Part shown: piece by piece, positions 10,158-24,550 of the stretch
How positions within the stretch are numbered: the first letter of the stretch is position 1
How the letters are laid out: every line of letters begins with the position of its first letter
Source of the DNA: Callorhinchus milii
Taxonomy: Eukaryota
Length of the DNA: 64,000 nucleotides
NCBI RefSeq assembly: GCF_018977255.1
Contig: NW_024704743.1
Location: forward strand, 64,544,001 to 64,608,000
Direction: 5' to 3'
The notes under the pieces: model-generated
What the model saw: the letters and a program-made list of their open reading frames with translations, nothing else
What the model was told of the DNA's origin: nothing
Database searches by the model: none
Program-made: the position numbers and the translations under genes

Positions 10158-12774
10158 AAATTCAAAGTTTTCTGTGTGCTTTCACTCATACTCTATTCGG
10201 ATGACAATTGTGTGAATGGAAAAGCGCTACTGATTATCTCAAGTTGACTTTTTAACCTCTTTTTTATATATCAATTTGAATTTCCTTCCTCTATTTTCTT
10301 TATACTTATTTTGCCTATTGTTTGCTCCCATCTTAAACTCCACATAATTCATGAATTTGCTAATGTCTGAAGAATTAACACTATAAATGTTAAAGCCATT
10401 CACATGGAGTCTATCATCAAATTAATTTGATGAACATATTGTTGGGATATGAAAAGGAATGACGATTTCAATAGGCCTCATTATTGGGGAGTATGAAGTG
10501 AACCATAATGGGATCAGTAAAGAACAGCCTAAGCAGCCAAGAAAAGCTATGACTGTAATGAAATTGCAGCATTACCACAAGTTGCCCACAATCTTTTCAA
10601 TATTGCTATTTTGGAAGATGTCTAACAATGTCGTCTTCATTTATGAAGTGAATAAAGGATGGATGCTTGAAGATACTGAGAAATAGCAGCTACTGGGTAT
10701 GAAGAATGATAAACAACGACAATGCTCAAATACACAAGAGGCAGAATGGTGAGGAAAGGATTCAAGGAATGGCCTATTCATGTTTCACAATGGTAGCAAT
10801 AGCAGGTGTGTTAAAATCAAATAAGACCTTTAATAGAGGGCTTAAGAAGAATATTAGTGTTTAAAGTGTTTTGACCATCAAAAATAGCAACATTCATTTT
10901 GGTTTGTTTCAGTTTTCACTTTCGTGAATTGTAAAGATTCAGTAGAAGATTGCTTGTATTATCAATCAACAACAACAAAATTATATTTGCCTTTCACATC
11001 GGGAGGATGCCCCAAGGTGCTGGAAAGTATATGTTAGATCCCATTGAAGATCAGGAAAAGGTGGAGTAAGCTTTTCACAAACATAAACTGGTCAAATGCA
11101 GATCCAATTATATTACTGTATCAAATTCAAGGATTATTATTATTGTTATTATTGTTAATGTTTTGACCCCAGAATCCTTAACAGCACTAGAGATCAGTAG
11201 TGCATTTATTAATAACAAATCAAGAATTAAATTATTGGAAAGAAATCAGATCAGATAAGATATATCATTTAGGAATGGGTGAGGAGTTATTTAATATTTT
11301 TATGAGTTCCATAAACACTGGAGCTTGTACCCCTGTATCACATTCCACATTTTCACTCCTATATCCAGAGGGGAATGTTTGCACAGATACTCCAAAGGTG
11401 ATCAAACAAATACTGTAAAATATTTTTCCATCACTACATCTCCACTATTCAAAATATAGGGGAGAAGCAGATGAACACAGAAAACTGTGAGCCAGTTCTT
11501 GGTTTAGATTGGAAAGGTTTTGGCTTTAATAAGATCTATTAAACTCTTATTATGATTTTTATTAGTCTTTGAAAGGAAAATTCATCAGCAGATGTGTCAA
11601 TAGCATAGTTTCAGGTCTTATATGGGAATCAAAATGCCACAAAAATATTGCAAATGTAAATATTTCCCAATTCTCTATTTACCCATAGTGGATAATAGCC
11701 ACACAATTATTTGGATATGTGTACTGCATGACTTTTAGTGCAATAGTTGCATTGCATTAATTTTTAGAAAACATCACTAGCTCATAAAAGATCGACAAGC
11801 TTCCAATAGTTATTTCATATTGTAAATCACCATTTGTTTTGAAGTGAAATAAGTGGATTGGCCTTTGAGATTGTTAATAAAATGACATATTGCCTGGTGA
11901 GAGCCAGGTTTAATGGGATCATCTCCTTCATAGTCAGTATCACAGTGATGATCATTTACTGCTGTATCAAACTCACAAAAAAGTGCTCATAATTCATAGA
12001 ATCCTCTATCCAGTCAGTGCACAGCAAATGGTAAAATTATTGGTGGCCTGAATATTCCCCCCTATATTTTTTCAAGGCCACATTTTACAGAAAGAAGGTG
12101 TGCAGTACCTAAACTTTCAGTGAATTATTTGCCTCTCTGTTTTGGATTTTACACTTGAAAACTTTTTTTTTGTTGTTTTTACAATAAGAAAAGTATCCCC
12201 GTCTTCCCAAAATGAAATAGAAATTTCACTAATAAGATCTACTGGCTGTTATTGTCAATTGCTTTGTAACTATACAGTTCAGCATTCATGTACAAATTTA
12301 GCCTCTTTCAAACTTGATTGCAATGGTATTACTGGTAGTGCTATGTTCCTTTTTGTCTCCTGCGGATTTATATATTGGCAGGGTACAATAGCTATTCCAT
12401 TCACAATCAGCTACAATTGTGGCAGAATACCGGGATTTTTTTTTTGACACAGAAGGACAAGACCGAAATGAAACACATGTGCAATCACACAAAATTGCGT
12501 CTCTTCTACCATGGAGAGAGAAAAAAATCAATCTAAGTGTCAGAGTGCAAGTACAAACAGGAGAAATGATTCAGTGCGGTATCTGCAGATAATAACACAG
12601 CTGTTCTGTACATGTACAATGTTGAAAACATTAAAAATCACAGTTTGGTTGTGAGTCCTTCAGGTGGAAAAGATAAATGAAAAGTTTCATAAAAGTTTAA
12701 AACACATCAAAAGCACACACAAGGAGTTAGTGGCAGGTGAGTAATCTTGTCAATAAATAGTATAATACCACTAC

Positions 12775-13210
12775 TATTACAACTAATAATTTTAATAATA
12801 ATGTTTGGATTTGATGAAGGGGCCTTTTATGTCAGGAGGACATCTCAAAGCACTTGACAGGATTTACTGTAGAGTGTAGTGACTGTGTATTGTGCAAGCA
12901 AAAACAACAGCCAATTCACACACAGCATTGTCCGACAAACAGCCATGAAGTGAATGATCAATTTTATCAGGAGATTTTTAGCCAGGCACCAAGAGAAACT
13001 CCCTTCTCTTTTTAAAAAGTGCCATGGGAACTTTAATATCCACCTGAACAGACAGGAACTCCATCAGTGCAGCGCCCCCAACCAGCACTGTATTGGAGTC
13101 AGGCTAAACTGTGAGTTCAAAGTCCTAATGTGGGGAGTCCTAGTGTGGGGTTTGAACTCACAACCTGCTGACTCAAAGGCAAGAGTGCTACCAACTGAGC
13201 CGGGCTGATA
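12775..13210 (-). mobile_element. Older DeuSINE (SacSINE1-like), near full length
   Basis: Head cagcccggctcagttggtagcactcttgcc; Deu core aagttcccatggcac...gggagtttctcttggtgcctggc; L2-type tail. Confidence 0.85.
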
Positions 13211-13223
13211 CCTCTACACCCCA

Positions 13224-13590
13224 AATAATAATAATAATAATCCCTGCATTTGATATAGCGCCTTATCACATCGTTGAGATATCTATCTAAAAGCGCTTCA
13301 CAGAATATACTGTAAAGTGAATTGACTGTATATTTTGTGAGTGAAATGCGGCAGCCAATTGCGCACAGCGGGTACCCACAGATAATCGTGGATTGATTTT
13401 TTTGAAGGGGTTATTACCCACAGAAAGCAATTCGCCAATTGACTACCAACTAGGTTCTTACTTACTGCTGGGTAAACAGAGGCGTGTGGAGTAAGAAAGC
13501 TTGCCTAAGATTTCACCCTGTCCACAAATCGAACCCTGGTCCTCTCTCTTGTGAGGCGAGTGTTCTAACCAACATGCTATAGGACTCCAC
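13224..13590 (-). mobile_element. SINE subfamily B, full length
   Basis: Head ggagtcctatagc, B box ggttcgattt, subfamily B insert, ATT tail. Confidence 0.9.
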
Positions 13591-13999
13591 ATAGAGACAC
13601 ACAAGACTGTGAAAGATTGTGATGGTGAGGATCAATTTCTTAACGTTGTTCTGCTGATGTTCTGGAAGCTTGTGGATCCTGGTAACAATGAAAACAACTT
13701 TATGTAGCATTCTTCACATAGATGGGGATAATGGTAATGAGAGCCTGGTGCAAAACACCACATACACAATAGTGTATGGGATTTTGATTCAGCTTTTCAA
13801 TAAGTCATCAATGTCCAATTCAAGAAATGATGGAAATTCATGTGTTAAAACTACTCTCCTGATTGTTGTCTTCTTTTAGTTCAATATAATATCCCCCAAA
13901 TATCTAGAATGTTTTTCCTCTAATTGTTTTGAATGAAGAAGAATTTCACCTTAAACCACTAGGCACTGGGACAAGAAACTACAAAAAAGTGAAGTAAAT

Positions 14000-14215
14000 G
14001 TGAAGCTGTAATTAGCAAAGAAAATCAAATGCTTGGTTATATCTCAAGGGCATTGCTGATAAGCTGAGAAAAGTATTCCAGTCTTCTGCAGATCACCGAC
14101 AAAACTGATCTGGAATATTGCATGAATTTTGAGTTGTCTGCCTTCAGAAGGACATGTGTGTGTGCCAGAAAGATGACGAGGCTCAACTTAGAGCTCTAAG
14201 TTATGAAGGGATAAC
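14000..14215 (+). mobile_element. Highly decayed CR1 RT fragment
   Basis: aatcaaatgcttggttatatctcaaggg (NQMLGYISR) and ctggaatattgcatg (LEYC). Confidence 0.5.
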
Positions 14216-14904
14216 ATGATGTAAGCAGTTACTTGATTTGCAATTACTGTATATTGTTTTAAAATTAACAAGCCTCGAGTGGAATGAGATTTCTTTGCTC
14301 TCACAGAGTATCAGACATGCAAAATACTCTCAACAATGGGGATCTCATTTCCATTAGTCATTAAAAGTAACAATTGTTCACTGACCTTAAAATAAAAATG
14401 CAAAAATTTGCTATTTTTAGTGATTAGCACAGATTACACTCTGTTGTGTGGATTAAACCCTCCAACAAAGCACTAGTAAAGTCCTTTTTGGGAGCAGGAT
14501 TTGAAGTTATGTGACGAGATAGAGATTGATATGATCGAAACTCAACAAGAGCTGATAGTTTCTATGATTCTGGATCTTTCATGATGAAATGTGCCAATGG
14601 TGTATAGCAGAGAGAGTTGTAGGCTGGGTGTCATGGCTGGGTGATCAAATATATTAGCACAAATAAATGATATACAATATTCTAAACAGACACAGATATG
14701 CATTCACACGTGTTGGTTTATCATTGACAATGAATATGTCTTGTTCTACTTTCACAAAGGTTTTTTGTGCCAGGAGATATTTACAACTGATATGGAACCA
14801 TCCCCTTTTTATTTTTCGTAATTGGTACTTTGGTGAGACAAGCAATAGGCTGAGTGGGCTGAATGGCCACCTCCTGTTCATTTTTTTTAAGTTCCTAAAA
14901 TCAG

Positions 14905-15105
14905 AAAGAAGGTGCCTTCTCCCAGTATCCTGGCCAACAATCCCCCAAACAAAATGAGTTACTCACTTCATGTCAGTATGTAGGACACTGCTGTGCACAC
15001 ATTGGCTGCCATGATCACCCACAAAACACACTGAACACTTTTAGTCGTCACCCCCCCCCCCCCTTGTGACTGATATAGGTGCTATGACAGTCACAAGGAT
15101 TATTG
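14905..15105 (+). mobile_element. Decayed DeuSINE 3' part, preceded by a CR1 tail at about 14825-14898
   Basis: cagtatcctggccaacaatccccc...gacactgctgtgcacacattggctgcc. Confidence 0.7.
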
Positions 15106-15839
15106 TCTAGTTAGCTTCCCACTGCTTATCCAGCTAGGACTAAAGTCTCGAAAAGGTGAAAATTAAGCAGAATGGAAATGAACGCGATATTTAACCTTAT
15201 GATAGCCAAGTCAGTACCCTCTGATCTCATTAGTGAGGGAATAACCAGCTGCGGCTGATCGCATGTCTCATTGCAATATCACAATCATTCCTGTTGAAGC
15301 TCCTACCGAATTTAACTGAATTTGCATCCCAGATATTTTACTAATTTCAAGGGAAAGGGAATACAAAAGAATTTTGAAACGGTTCTGAAGAAGACATATT
15401 ATCTGGTTAATCTCATGGCAATTAAACAAATTAGTTGTCGACAAGTTAAAACTCCACCAGTCTCTGAGTGAGATGAGTTCATAATCTGTCTGAAGCGGGC
15501 CTTAATTCAAAAAGAAAGTAGTGGTTGTGTCTGCTTATCTGTCTGTATCTCGCCTCAGGAAATAGCGTGGTTTGAGAGATGTAGTGTTAAAATATTTATA
15601 ATGCAAATTAATTGTGGCTCTGGCATTTGAAATACTAGGAACTATGGGCTCAAATTGTAGTGTAAAATCAACACACACGATTCATCTCTGTCACCAAAAT
15701 GAAACAAGTAAAACAGATCATGTCGCAGGCAACTGAAAATCTGTAAGAAAGAATATGAGTGTGGCGTAGTCTCTACTGGAAAGTTACTTGATGGGGTTTG
15801 TATTCATGCAAGAATAAAGAGAAGTTGGAATGATGAATG

Positions 15840-16110
15840 TCATTCAGCACACTGAAGCTCATTCCTCCACATTATGAAATTTCCTATCACCGTCTCCAAT
15901 TGTACTGCATTTTGAATAACCCTCATTGGTTTTGCTCTAGTGTTTTCCTTGGAGAATTCAGAACACTTATCAACCTGAATGAAGAAGTCTTTTTCTGAAA
16001 TCTGTTCTAACTGTGCTTTTCACTAAAATCACTTATAGCCTCTGGCCCTACTTTTTTTTAATATTACTTTCAAGTAATGGCCTAGGTTTAAATTAGTTCT
16101 AACCTTTGAT
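15840..16110 (-). mobile_element. Old CR1 3' fragment
   Basis: Reverse of RTDFRKRLLH-type terminal motif and 3' UTR. Confidence 0.5.
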
Positions 16111-16496
16111 GGACTATCACAATTTTGTTTCTATCAATCTCTCAGCGACACAGGGGTACAAATTCCATTCTGGATTAGATACAACACCTTTAGCAATGCA
16201 CAACTATAATAGGAAATCTCATTAGCAGTCAACATTACCAAAGGTAATATATAACACTGAATGGAAATTTTACCCATCAGTTTCTTCATGTCTTTCACAG
16301 GTCAATTGAATAGTTACCACTTTCAACAGCTCTACTGTTAATCCGTTTTCACCGCTCAACAATCTTGGTCTCATTATCTCTGCTGAGGATGTCTTGATTG
16401 TGCACAATCTTAAATTTTAAGATAACAGACGTAAGCTCAGACCGAGAGAATTTACGTCTCTGAAGTTTCCACTGCTAAAGCAAGTTCCAACAAGCT

Positions 16497-16765
16497 CAAT
16501 ATAATAATAATCTTTGTACATGATACAGCATCTTATCACGTCGACGAAATGAGTCAAAGCACTTCACAGGATATACTGTAAAGTGGATTGTCTGTGTGCT
16601 TTGTAGTTGAAACGTGGCTACCAATTTGCACACAGCAATGTCCCACAAACAGCCGGAATCAGTGATCAAATTTATTTGGGGGATTTGTTGGTCAGGACAC
16701 CAGGAGAAATTCCCTTCTCTTTTCAAATAGTGTCTTTGGATCTTTAGGGTCCACCTGAACAGCTA
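16497..16765 (-). mobile_element. DeuSINE 3' part
   Basis: Deu core and ATT tail. Confidence 0.85.
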
Positions 16766-16798
16766 GCATCGGTTTTCAGACTGGTTTTCTGGTCCACT

Positions 16799-17171
16799 TA
16801 ATAATAATAATAATAATTCTTGCATTTGATATAGCACTTTATCATGTCTTCGAGACGTCTCAAAGCGCTTCACAGAATATACTGTGAAGTGAATTGACTG
16901 TATATTTTCTGGGCAAAACACAGCCAATTGCACACAGCAGTGTCCCACAAAAAGTCGTGAATTCAGTAACCAAATTGTTATTTTTTTTAAAGGAATTATT
17001 ACCCCAGGAAAAGCGATCTGCTAATTGACTGACAACTGGGTTCCTACTTACTGCTAGGTAAACAGAGGCGTGTGGAGTAAGAAAAATTGTCCAACGTTTC
17101 GCCCTGCAGAGAATTGAACCCAGGTCTCTCGCTTGTGAGGTGAGCACTCTAACCACTGAGCTACAGGACTC
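16799..17171 (-). mobile_element. SINE subfamily B, full length
   Basis: A/B boxes, subfamily B insert, tail; cactta repeated near both flanks. Confidence 0.93.
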
Positions 17172-18344
17172 TTTTATCACTTATTGTGATAAAGGAATGA
17201 AGCCCTCAGCCTAATTTAGAAACATTGATTGGACTCAAACAATGTAGTCGCTATTTTTGCTTGCGATCAGAATGCACAGTGTTTTAGTGCCCTTTTCCTG
17301 TTTCATTAGATAATATTGAATCAGTTAAGAAATGTCACTTTTTTTACCCCATAACTCGTTGAAAGGTAAATCTCTCGCCATAGTTTGTGTTAACATGACC
17401 TTGATTTGTGTGATCAGCTCACAAGTGTGAAGTTAGCACAAATCATGTCTGATGATCTTGCTGTTAGAAAGCCAACTCAGCCCTGATGTTCTGGAAAGCC
17501 ACCACGCAAACATCGGGGATTAATTTGAAAAGATCCAGATACAAAATATCTATGTAACAAGATAAAAAGTCTGTCACCGGCACGTTGTGATGCTTGTCAA
17601 TGTTCTGCTATTGAATCTTCTTGTAGCTGTGAATTTATTAATAATAATAATTCTTGCATTTGATATGGAGCCTTACCATATCAAAACATGTCAAAACACT
17701 TCAGCATTTTCTGTTAGTTACTGTGTATTTTTAGGGAAATGCAGCAGCTACTTTTCAATTGTTCCACAAACAGCCAAATGTCTAATTTGTTGAAAGTGCT
17801 CTGAGACGCTACTCTGCGAGCAGAGTACAATATTAATCCAATTTAATGTTGTTATTTGTCTGAAAGATTGTTGGCCAGGACAACAACAAAGTTACATTTG
17901 TAAAGTGTCTTTCACGGCGGGAGGATGTCCCAAGGCTCTAAACAGTTAGGGATCAGGACTCGAGCATGTGACAGATGTTGTTCTGTTAACCCGCTGTTAT
18001 ATTTTCTTGAGAAACTAAACTCTCATTCAGCCAACCAGAAATGATGCAGCAGTAATACAAATAATTCTTAACCAGATTTAATCTCACACTTCACTGAATT
18101 GTTAGGTCCCATTCCCATTATTAGTTTCTGGTTAAAAAGAACATTTGTTTTCATTTCTCACTAATACATTAGTGATGTACATCGTGATGTAAAAATCCAA
18201 AAGAATGCTCCTGTACATTGTTGCTTAAAACTCATTCTATACTCATTTAAAGCTCCTTGGGGATAAATTTAGCGGTTGAGGTACAATGCTACAACCTTCC
18301 AATTTATAATTAAAGTCATTCTCTCTCCAATTCTTATGTTCCTA

Positions 18345-18630
18345 CACACCACTATGGCCACCACAGCACCTTACACCGGCGCAGTGCTCCACACCGGGGC
18401 ACTGCTCCACACCGGGGCACTGCTCCACACCGGGGCACTGCTCCACACCGGGGCACTGCTCCACACCGGCGCACTGCTCCACACCGGCGCACTGCTCCAC
18501 ACCGGCGCACTGCTCCACACCGGCGCACTGCTCCACACCGGCGCACTGCTCCACACCGGCGCACTGCTCTACACCACCATAGCCACTACACTGCTTTACA
18601 CCACCACAGCCACCACACTGCTTTACACCA
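18345..18630. repeat. Minisatellite: 11 x 18-bp CACACCGG(C/G)GCACTGCTC embedded in 27-bp related units
   Basis: 18-mers at 18372-18569; 27-mers at 18345-18371, 18570-18596 and 18597-18623. Confidence 0.97.
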
Positions 18631-18704
18631 GCACAGATGATTAATTATAATTTATTGGCATGCGTCTCAATGTGAGGTTGTTTAGAAAGTTAAAACAATT
18701 TGGA

Positions 18705-18983
18705 GGTACCATCATTCAGGTGAGCTATTAAACCAAGGTTCCATCAGGTAGGTATTAAAGATCCCATGGCACTACTCAAAAAGAGAAGGATTCATCTGAT
18801 GTCTTGCCCAATAATCCATCCCTTGAAACTGATCATTCACTTCATGTCTGTTTGTAGTCTGTGCACAAATTAGCTGCTTCATTTGCCAATAAATACAGAT
18901 TTTACACTTCACAGAAATTCCCTGAGAAGCACTTGGAAACATTTCAACATTCTAGGCACAATATCAAATATAAGGATTATTAT
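18705..18983 (+). mobile_element. Decayed DeuSINE
   Basis: ttaaagatcccatggcactactc Deu core; atatcaaatataaggattattat tail. Confidence 0.8.
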
Positions 18984-20795
18984 GTTTGCATAGACTCACA
19001 TGTGGAGCTATTGCTCTTTTCAGTCTTTGAAATGGCTAAAATTAGTTTTGCACAGAATAATAGAAAGAACATTTGTATAAAAAAATCTAGTTATGTGTAA
19101 TTTGTCATGTCTACCTGTGTTTCTCCACCGACTTCTATTGCTGGTTCCAAGTATTATCCACATGCAGCTTCCTCAAACTTTAATTAACTCACTGCTTCTA
19201 ACACTGCTTGTAACACACCCCACGGTGTCAGTGAAAGATCTTAACCTCGCTCCATAATCCTTATTTATTTTAATGCCACTGTGATAATTATTGATGAAAT
19301 TTGTACGTGTGCTGAGCTCAGAGTCCATTATAAATTGTTAATATTCCGCCAGTGCAATTGAATTAAGAGCTCAGTGTATTGCAGACCTCATTAGCATTTC
19401 CTTACCTCTTAAAAGTTCAAGCATTTTTTTAAAAATGAGATAATTAAACCTGTCACAAGATTCCTTGTAAATTTGTCATCAAGGCACATTATCATATCTC
19501 GATGCAAACTTTTCTAGAAAACAGCATAATTTCTTAACAAGCCTTTAGCTTGCTTTCAATTCATTTGAGCGAGAATAACCATTCACTACCATCCCCTTGA
19601 AGAAACAATACAATACCTCAATTATTGCTCGACTGATTGAAACAATCTGCAGTATAGTATCGCTGGCTAATAATCATTTCGGGCAAGAGGTAGAGAGTCT
19701 GTCCATCAAACTACGTTCATTTCAAATTAACTAGTATTAAGAATTCCTTCTTAGCTTTTGTAATGCTGTCATAATTTCCTTGACTGAATAATATGAGACT
19801 ACTAGCTGCTGAGCAGACTATATTCAGATTACAATGCTTCATTACTTCCCGTTTCAAATAACAAAAAGGATGACTGAAGCTAAATTGCTTTCGTCAAGAG
19901 GGTGCACTTGCTGTCTTTTGAATGGTATATGTAAGCAAGAAAGTTGTAGATTCATACTTAACAGTAGTAAAATCTAAAACACAATCTGATACTTATAAAC
20001 CAGCATTTGTAAACCAGAAATCATAATTAATGGAACAAACCCAGTTTGAGACATTGGTGGTAGATTTATAAAAATGGATCAGTATCATAGTCATATTCAA
20101 ACTTGTTATGAAATGTTACAAAATGTCACCTCACAATTATACAACATCTTAAACATAAATATATTTGTGTATATTAAGGAAACTATGAAAAAGAAACTGG
20201 GGAATGAGAAAAGGCAGGTCAGCCCATTAAGACCATTCTTTCTTCGGACCACAACCAATTTATTCACGTTGTTTAAACTTTTGAGGGAAATTCACACAAA
20301 ATGTTCCCAAATTGAGTAAAATTCTACAAATTTTCTCAGACCTTAATACAGTCCTTCCATTGTTCAATCCTGGCCAGCTACTGTTAACATGGCAATTTGA
20401 ACCATTCCTGCAACCAGCAAACATTGTGTTCTGTGGCCTATTCCTCATCATTGTCTGCACTGATTTGTACAACTTACAGTCCAATTCTTACCAGATATTC
20501 CAGATCTTTTTAAAATGAGTTCCGCACATCCACCATTTTGTGGGGCAAACATTTCTTCCAGTTAGGGTGAAATGTCCTGATGGCCTGTCGGTGCATTGAT
20601 GTACTAACACAGGAGAGAAACCACTTCAACATATTGTGCATAAAAAGTCATTTAAAAACAGCCGGAGATCTACAAAAGCATCAGCAAACACACTAATGAG
20701 AGACTGTTTGAATGAAGTTGTGTAAAAAGATATTTAGCTGCTACGAAACTGAAAAAGTGCAGTAAATCACTCCAACAGGCACAAATTCTTATATA

Positions 20796-21206
20796 TTAGA
20801 ATACATTAGAACATACAGCACAGAAACAGGCCATTCGGCCCAACTTGTATATGCCAGTGTTTGTGCTCCATGTGAGCCTCCTCCTGCCCTTCCTCAATTA
20901 AATCTTCAAGCATAACCTTCTATTCCTTTCTCCCTCGTGTATCTATCTAACTTTCCCTTAAATACATCTATGCTATTTTCCTCAACATCTCCTTGTGGTA
21001 GCAAGTTCCACATTCCCACTACTCTCTGTGTGAAGAAATTTCTTCTAACTTCCCTATTTGATCTATTTGAGACTATTTTATATTGATGGCCCCTGGTTTT
21101 GGTCTTCCCCACAAGTGGAAACATCTTCCCTATGTCTACCCTATCAAAACCTTTCATCATTTTTAAGACCTCTATCAGGCCACCCCTTACCCTCCTCTTT
21201 TCAAAG
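20796..21206 (-). mobile_element. CR1 3' end
   Basis: EKRRVRGGLIEV...RRNFFTQRVVGMWNLLP and 3' UTR. Confidence 0.92.
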
Positions 21207-21261
21207 TAAAGGAAGTGATACTTTGGTCTGACCAATTCGCAACCAATAGTAAATAATACTA

Positions 21262-21545
21262 TTATTCCTTCTATATGAGCCTGTGCAGTGAGTGTTAATG
21301 AGCTGTTGGAGCATGAAGGGCTGAGCTAATTTTCACCCATAAACACATATACACATTTTCCAGCGAGGATTACTGGATAGAGTTCAAGAACACGAATAAC
21401 ATAGTCTAATTGTACCATCCCTTCTGTTGGTTTCATTGAAAATAGATAGCAGTCATAGGAAGCCTTGAATCTTCAGACCGTTTTACTCTGCATTGCTCAG
21501 TTTCACACTGAGCCAGGGCTGTTCTTATTGAGCCGTTGGGGAGTC
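21262..21545 (-). mobile_element. AmnSINE2-like ancient SINE
   Basis: Reverse complement ctatccagtaatcctcgctggaaaatgtgt...acactcactgcacaggctcatat matches the AmnSINE2 3' region as I recall it. Confidence 0.6.
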
Positions 21546-22084
21546 TGCAGTGCACTTTTTAAAAGCATAGTTCACTTAATCACACCAATATAGCAGATGG
21601 TGTATCGGATCTGACCAGCAAGCTACAAAACGTTATACAAAATTTTCAATACTTTGTGACATCTTCCTGGGTATCAGATTAAGATCTTTGATCTATTAGG
21701 ACACAAAGCTGTAAATCACACCACCCTCAGCATTGCTTGAGGAATATAATTCTGAATCTTGTTATAGCTCCTATTCCACAGATTCATGAACATTTTTAAC
21801 TTGCCAATTCTGTCAGCTTGCACAAGCTGTGCACAATTTTAACTCCAGTTGAAAAAATCCAAATTGCTGTTTTTTGTCAAGATCATATTTATCAGCTAGT
21901 GATGACAGTATATATGAATTCAAAACTCATGCATGCATAAAATATACATTTTATGCAGCTGGAAAGGTTTATCCAGGAGTTTGTTTTGGCTATCTTCAAG
22001 AATGTAACCCAAATATATCCTATGTTTGGAATATAGATGATTTAATCCCAGTGATAGCCTCAGACAATATTTGTTAAAAGAGGT

Positions 22085-22250
22085 TAAATAATAATAATCC
22101 TTCAATTTGATATATAACACCTTTCACACTAGGAAGACGTCTTAAAGAGCTTCACAGGATTGATACACTGCAAAGTATGGCAAATGTGTACCTTGTAGGC
22201 AAAAGCAGCAGCCGTTTGCTCACAGCAATGTCCCACAAACAGCCATAACA
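22085..22250 (-). mobile_element. SINE 3' fragment (older)
   Basis: ATT tail and gtttgtgggacattgctgtg motif. Confidence 0.8.
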
Positions 22251-22853
22251 TGATCGTCTGCTTTAACCCTCTCCATCCACTTTACCAACATATTCTGCCT
22301 TTACACTTCTCAACCTTTACCTTGTGTGTCTGTCTGCCTTGTGCCTCTACTCAAAACATTTGGCTTTACCTTCCAAAGAGCTATTTCCAATTTCTGACTC
22401 AGAAGTATGTTTAACAGACATTTTTCCGCCTTTATTTTCCTGATGGTTTATGTCGATCATACAAGCCATACACCTAATGGACAAATTATCAATGATTGCA
22501 GGAAACCATCTCACCAGCACGAACAACAGTCATGTTCACAGTAGGAAAGTTGCAGTAAGAAAACTGTATTAAGTACTGTTATGTTATTCTTTCTTATGCT
22601 GCGATTTATTTACACCTGTGTACCTACTTATACTCAGCCCTATTGTTCTGTTACAAATATTACCAGATCTTCACAACACACTTAGTGGATCTCGCATCCA
22701 TTTCAGGTTAATTACTGTCTTTTTTTTGATAATGCTGTTAATCCTGCCTTTGCTTCATTTCTTTTTCATGTTAGGTGCTTTGCATTTATGAGCTTAATGC
22801 CACAGTGCTTTTCACCGTGTTAATGGCAATATATAAGGCTACTTTATGTTCTT

Positions 22854-24390
22854 GACATCATAAACCTCTCCCTGTCCTCTGGTACCTTTCCCACCCCATT
22901 AAAAACAGTCATCATCATTCCGATCCTTAAAAAACCCTCCATGGCCCCTTCTCTACTCCCTAACTATCATCCCATCTCCAATCTCCCTTTCCTCTCCAAG
23001 GTCTGGAACGAGTTGTTGCTTCTCAGGTTTGCTCCTTCCTCTCCCGCCACTCCCTTCTCAAACCCTTCCAATCGGATTTCAGTGCGATCCACAGCACAGA
23101 AACAGCCCTGGCCAAAGTGACAAGACATTCTGTCCATCTGCGACCAGGGAACCCTCTGCCTCCTTGTCCTCTTTGAGCTCTCTGCTGATTTCGACCCCAT
23201 CGACCACTCTATCCTAATCCACCGCCTCTCCTCTCACCTCAACCTTCACGGCTCTATCCTTGACTGGTTCAGATCGTACCTCTCACACCGCCTCCACTTC
23301 ATCTCCACAAACAGCTTCTCCTCTAGACCCGCACCGTATCATGCGGCATTCCTCAGGGCTCTGTGCTTGGTCCCCTCCTCTTCAATATCTATATACTCCC
23401 TCTTGGTGACATCATCCGCAGACATGGGGTCACCTTCCACATGTATGCGGATGACAACTAACTGTATCTCTTGCCTCCACCCTTGACTCCAGGACCATTG
23501 CTGTGCTGACAGGATGTCTGTCAGACATCAAGTCCTGGATGAGAGCTAACTTTCTTCAGTTGAATGTCAGCAAGACCGCGGCTCTCCTGATTGGCTCCTG
23601 TCAGCACCTTTTAACCACAGGCGCTGACAACATCACCATCCATGGCTGCACACTCCACCTCACTAAGCCAATCCGGAATCTTGAGGCCTAGTTTGACCCT
23701 CAAGTATCCTTTTGACCCTACATCTGCGACAAGACCCGCTCTGCCTTCCCCCACCTCCACAACGACGCCCAGTTCCGCCACTGTTTCATACGGCAGAAAT
23801 CCTCATACACGCTTTCATTACATTGAGGCTCGACTATGCAAACTGATTGCCTGTCGGTCTCCCCAACTCCTCCCTCCACAGGCTGCAGATCATCTAGAAC
23901 ACTGCCCGTGTCCTCTCCCGCACTTGGCTCCGCGACCCTATCAAACCCATGCTTGCCCAACTCCACTGGCTTCCTATCACACAGACGATACAGTTCAAGA
24001 TCCTGGTCCTTATCTTGAAAGCCCTCCATGGTCTTGCTCCAACCTACCTCTGCAACCTCCTAACTCCCTACCATCCTACTTGCTCCTTCCGCTCAGTGGG
24101 CTCCGGCCTGCTTCACATCTTCTGCCTCGCTCGCCCCACTATTGGCGGGTGGGCCTTCTGCCACTCTGCTCCCACCCTCTGGAATGCCATCCCGCAGTCC
24201 CTCCGCCTCACCACCTCCCTTGCCATCTTCAAGGCCCATCTCAAGACCCGCCTCTTCGACCGTGCTTTCGATCTCCCTCCTTCCCCCCGCCCTTCACTCT
24301 CCCCGATCCCGACCCCCCAGCTCAGGTCCGTAACTCTGTCTGTCCAGCGCCTTGGGACATCCTCCTAACGTGAAAGGTGCTTTGTTGTTC
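22854..24390 (+). mobile_element. L2 LINE, 5'-truncated, with decayed RT domain through 3' tail
   Basis: [53 protein letters not shown]; several frameshifts and stops. Confidence 0.96.
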
Positions 24391-24550
24391 TCATTCAGAC
24401 TGATGGTGGCCACAAACTAACTTCTTCAACATAGGAGCTGAAATAATCCCCTTAAATGTAAAGCTGATGAGTCTCCATCACAACCCACTGTGTTAAAGTG
24501 ATGATGGCACACTTCATAACTATTTCTGAGATATTTGTAGTGTGACACAA

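Noticed and set aside
18276..18644. HTGALL-repeat protein ORF, or a CRISPR-like array
   Set aside because: Open frames arise from an 18-bp stop-free unit on both strands; there are no unique spacers and the context is eukaryotic
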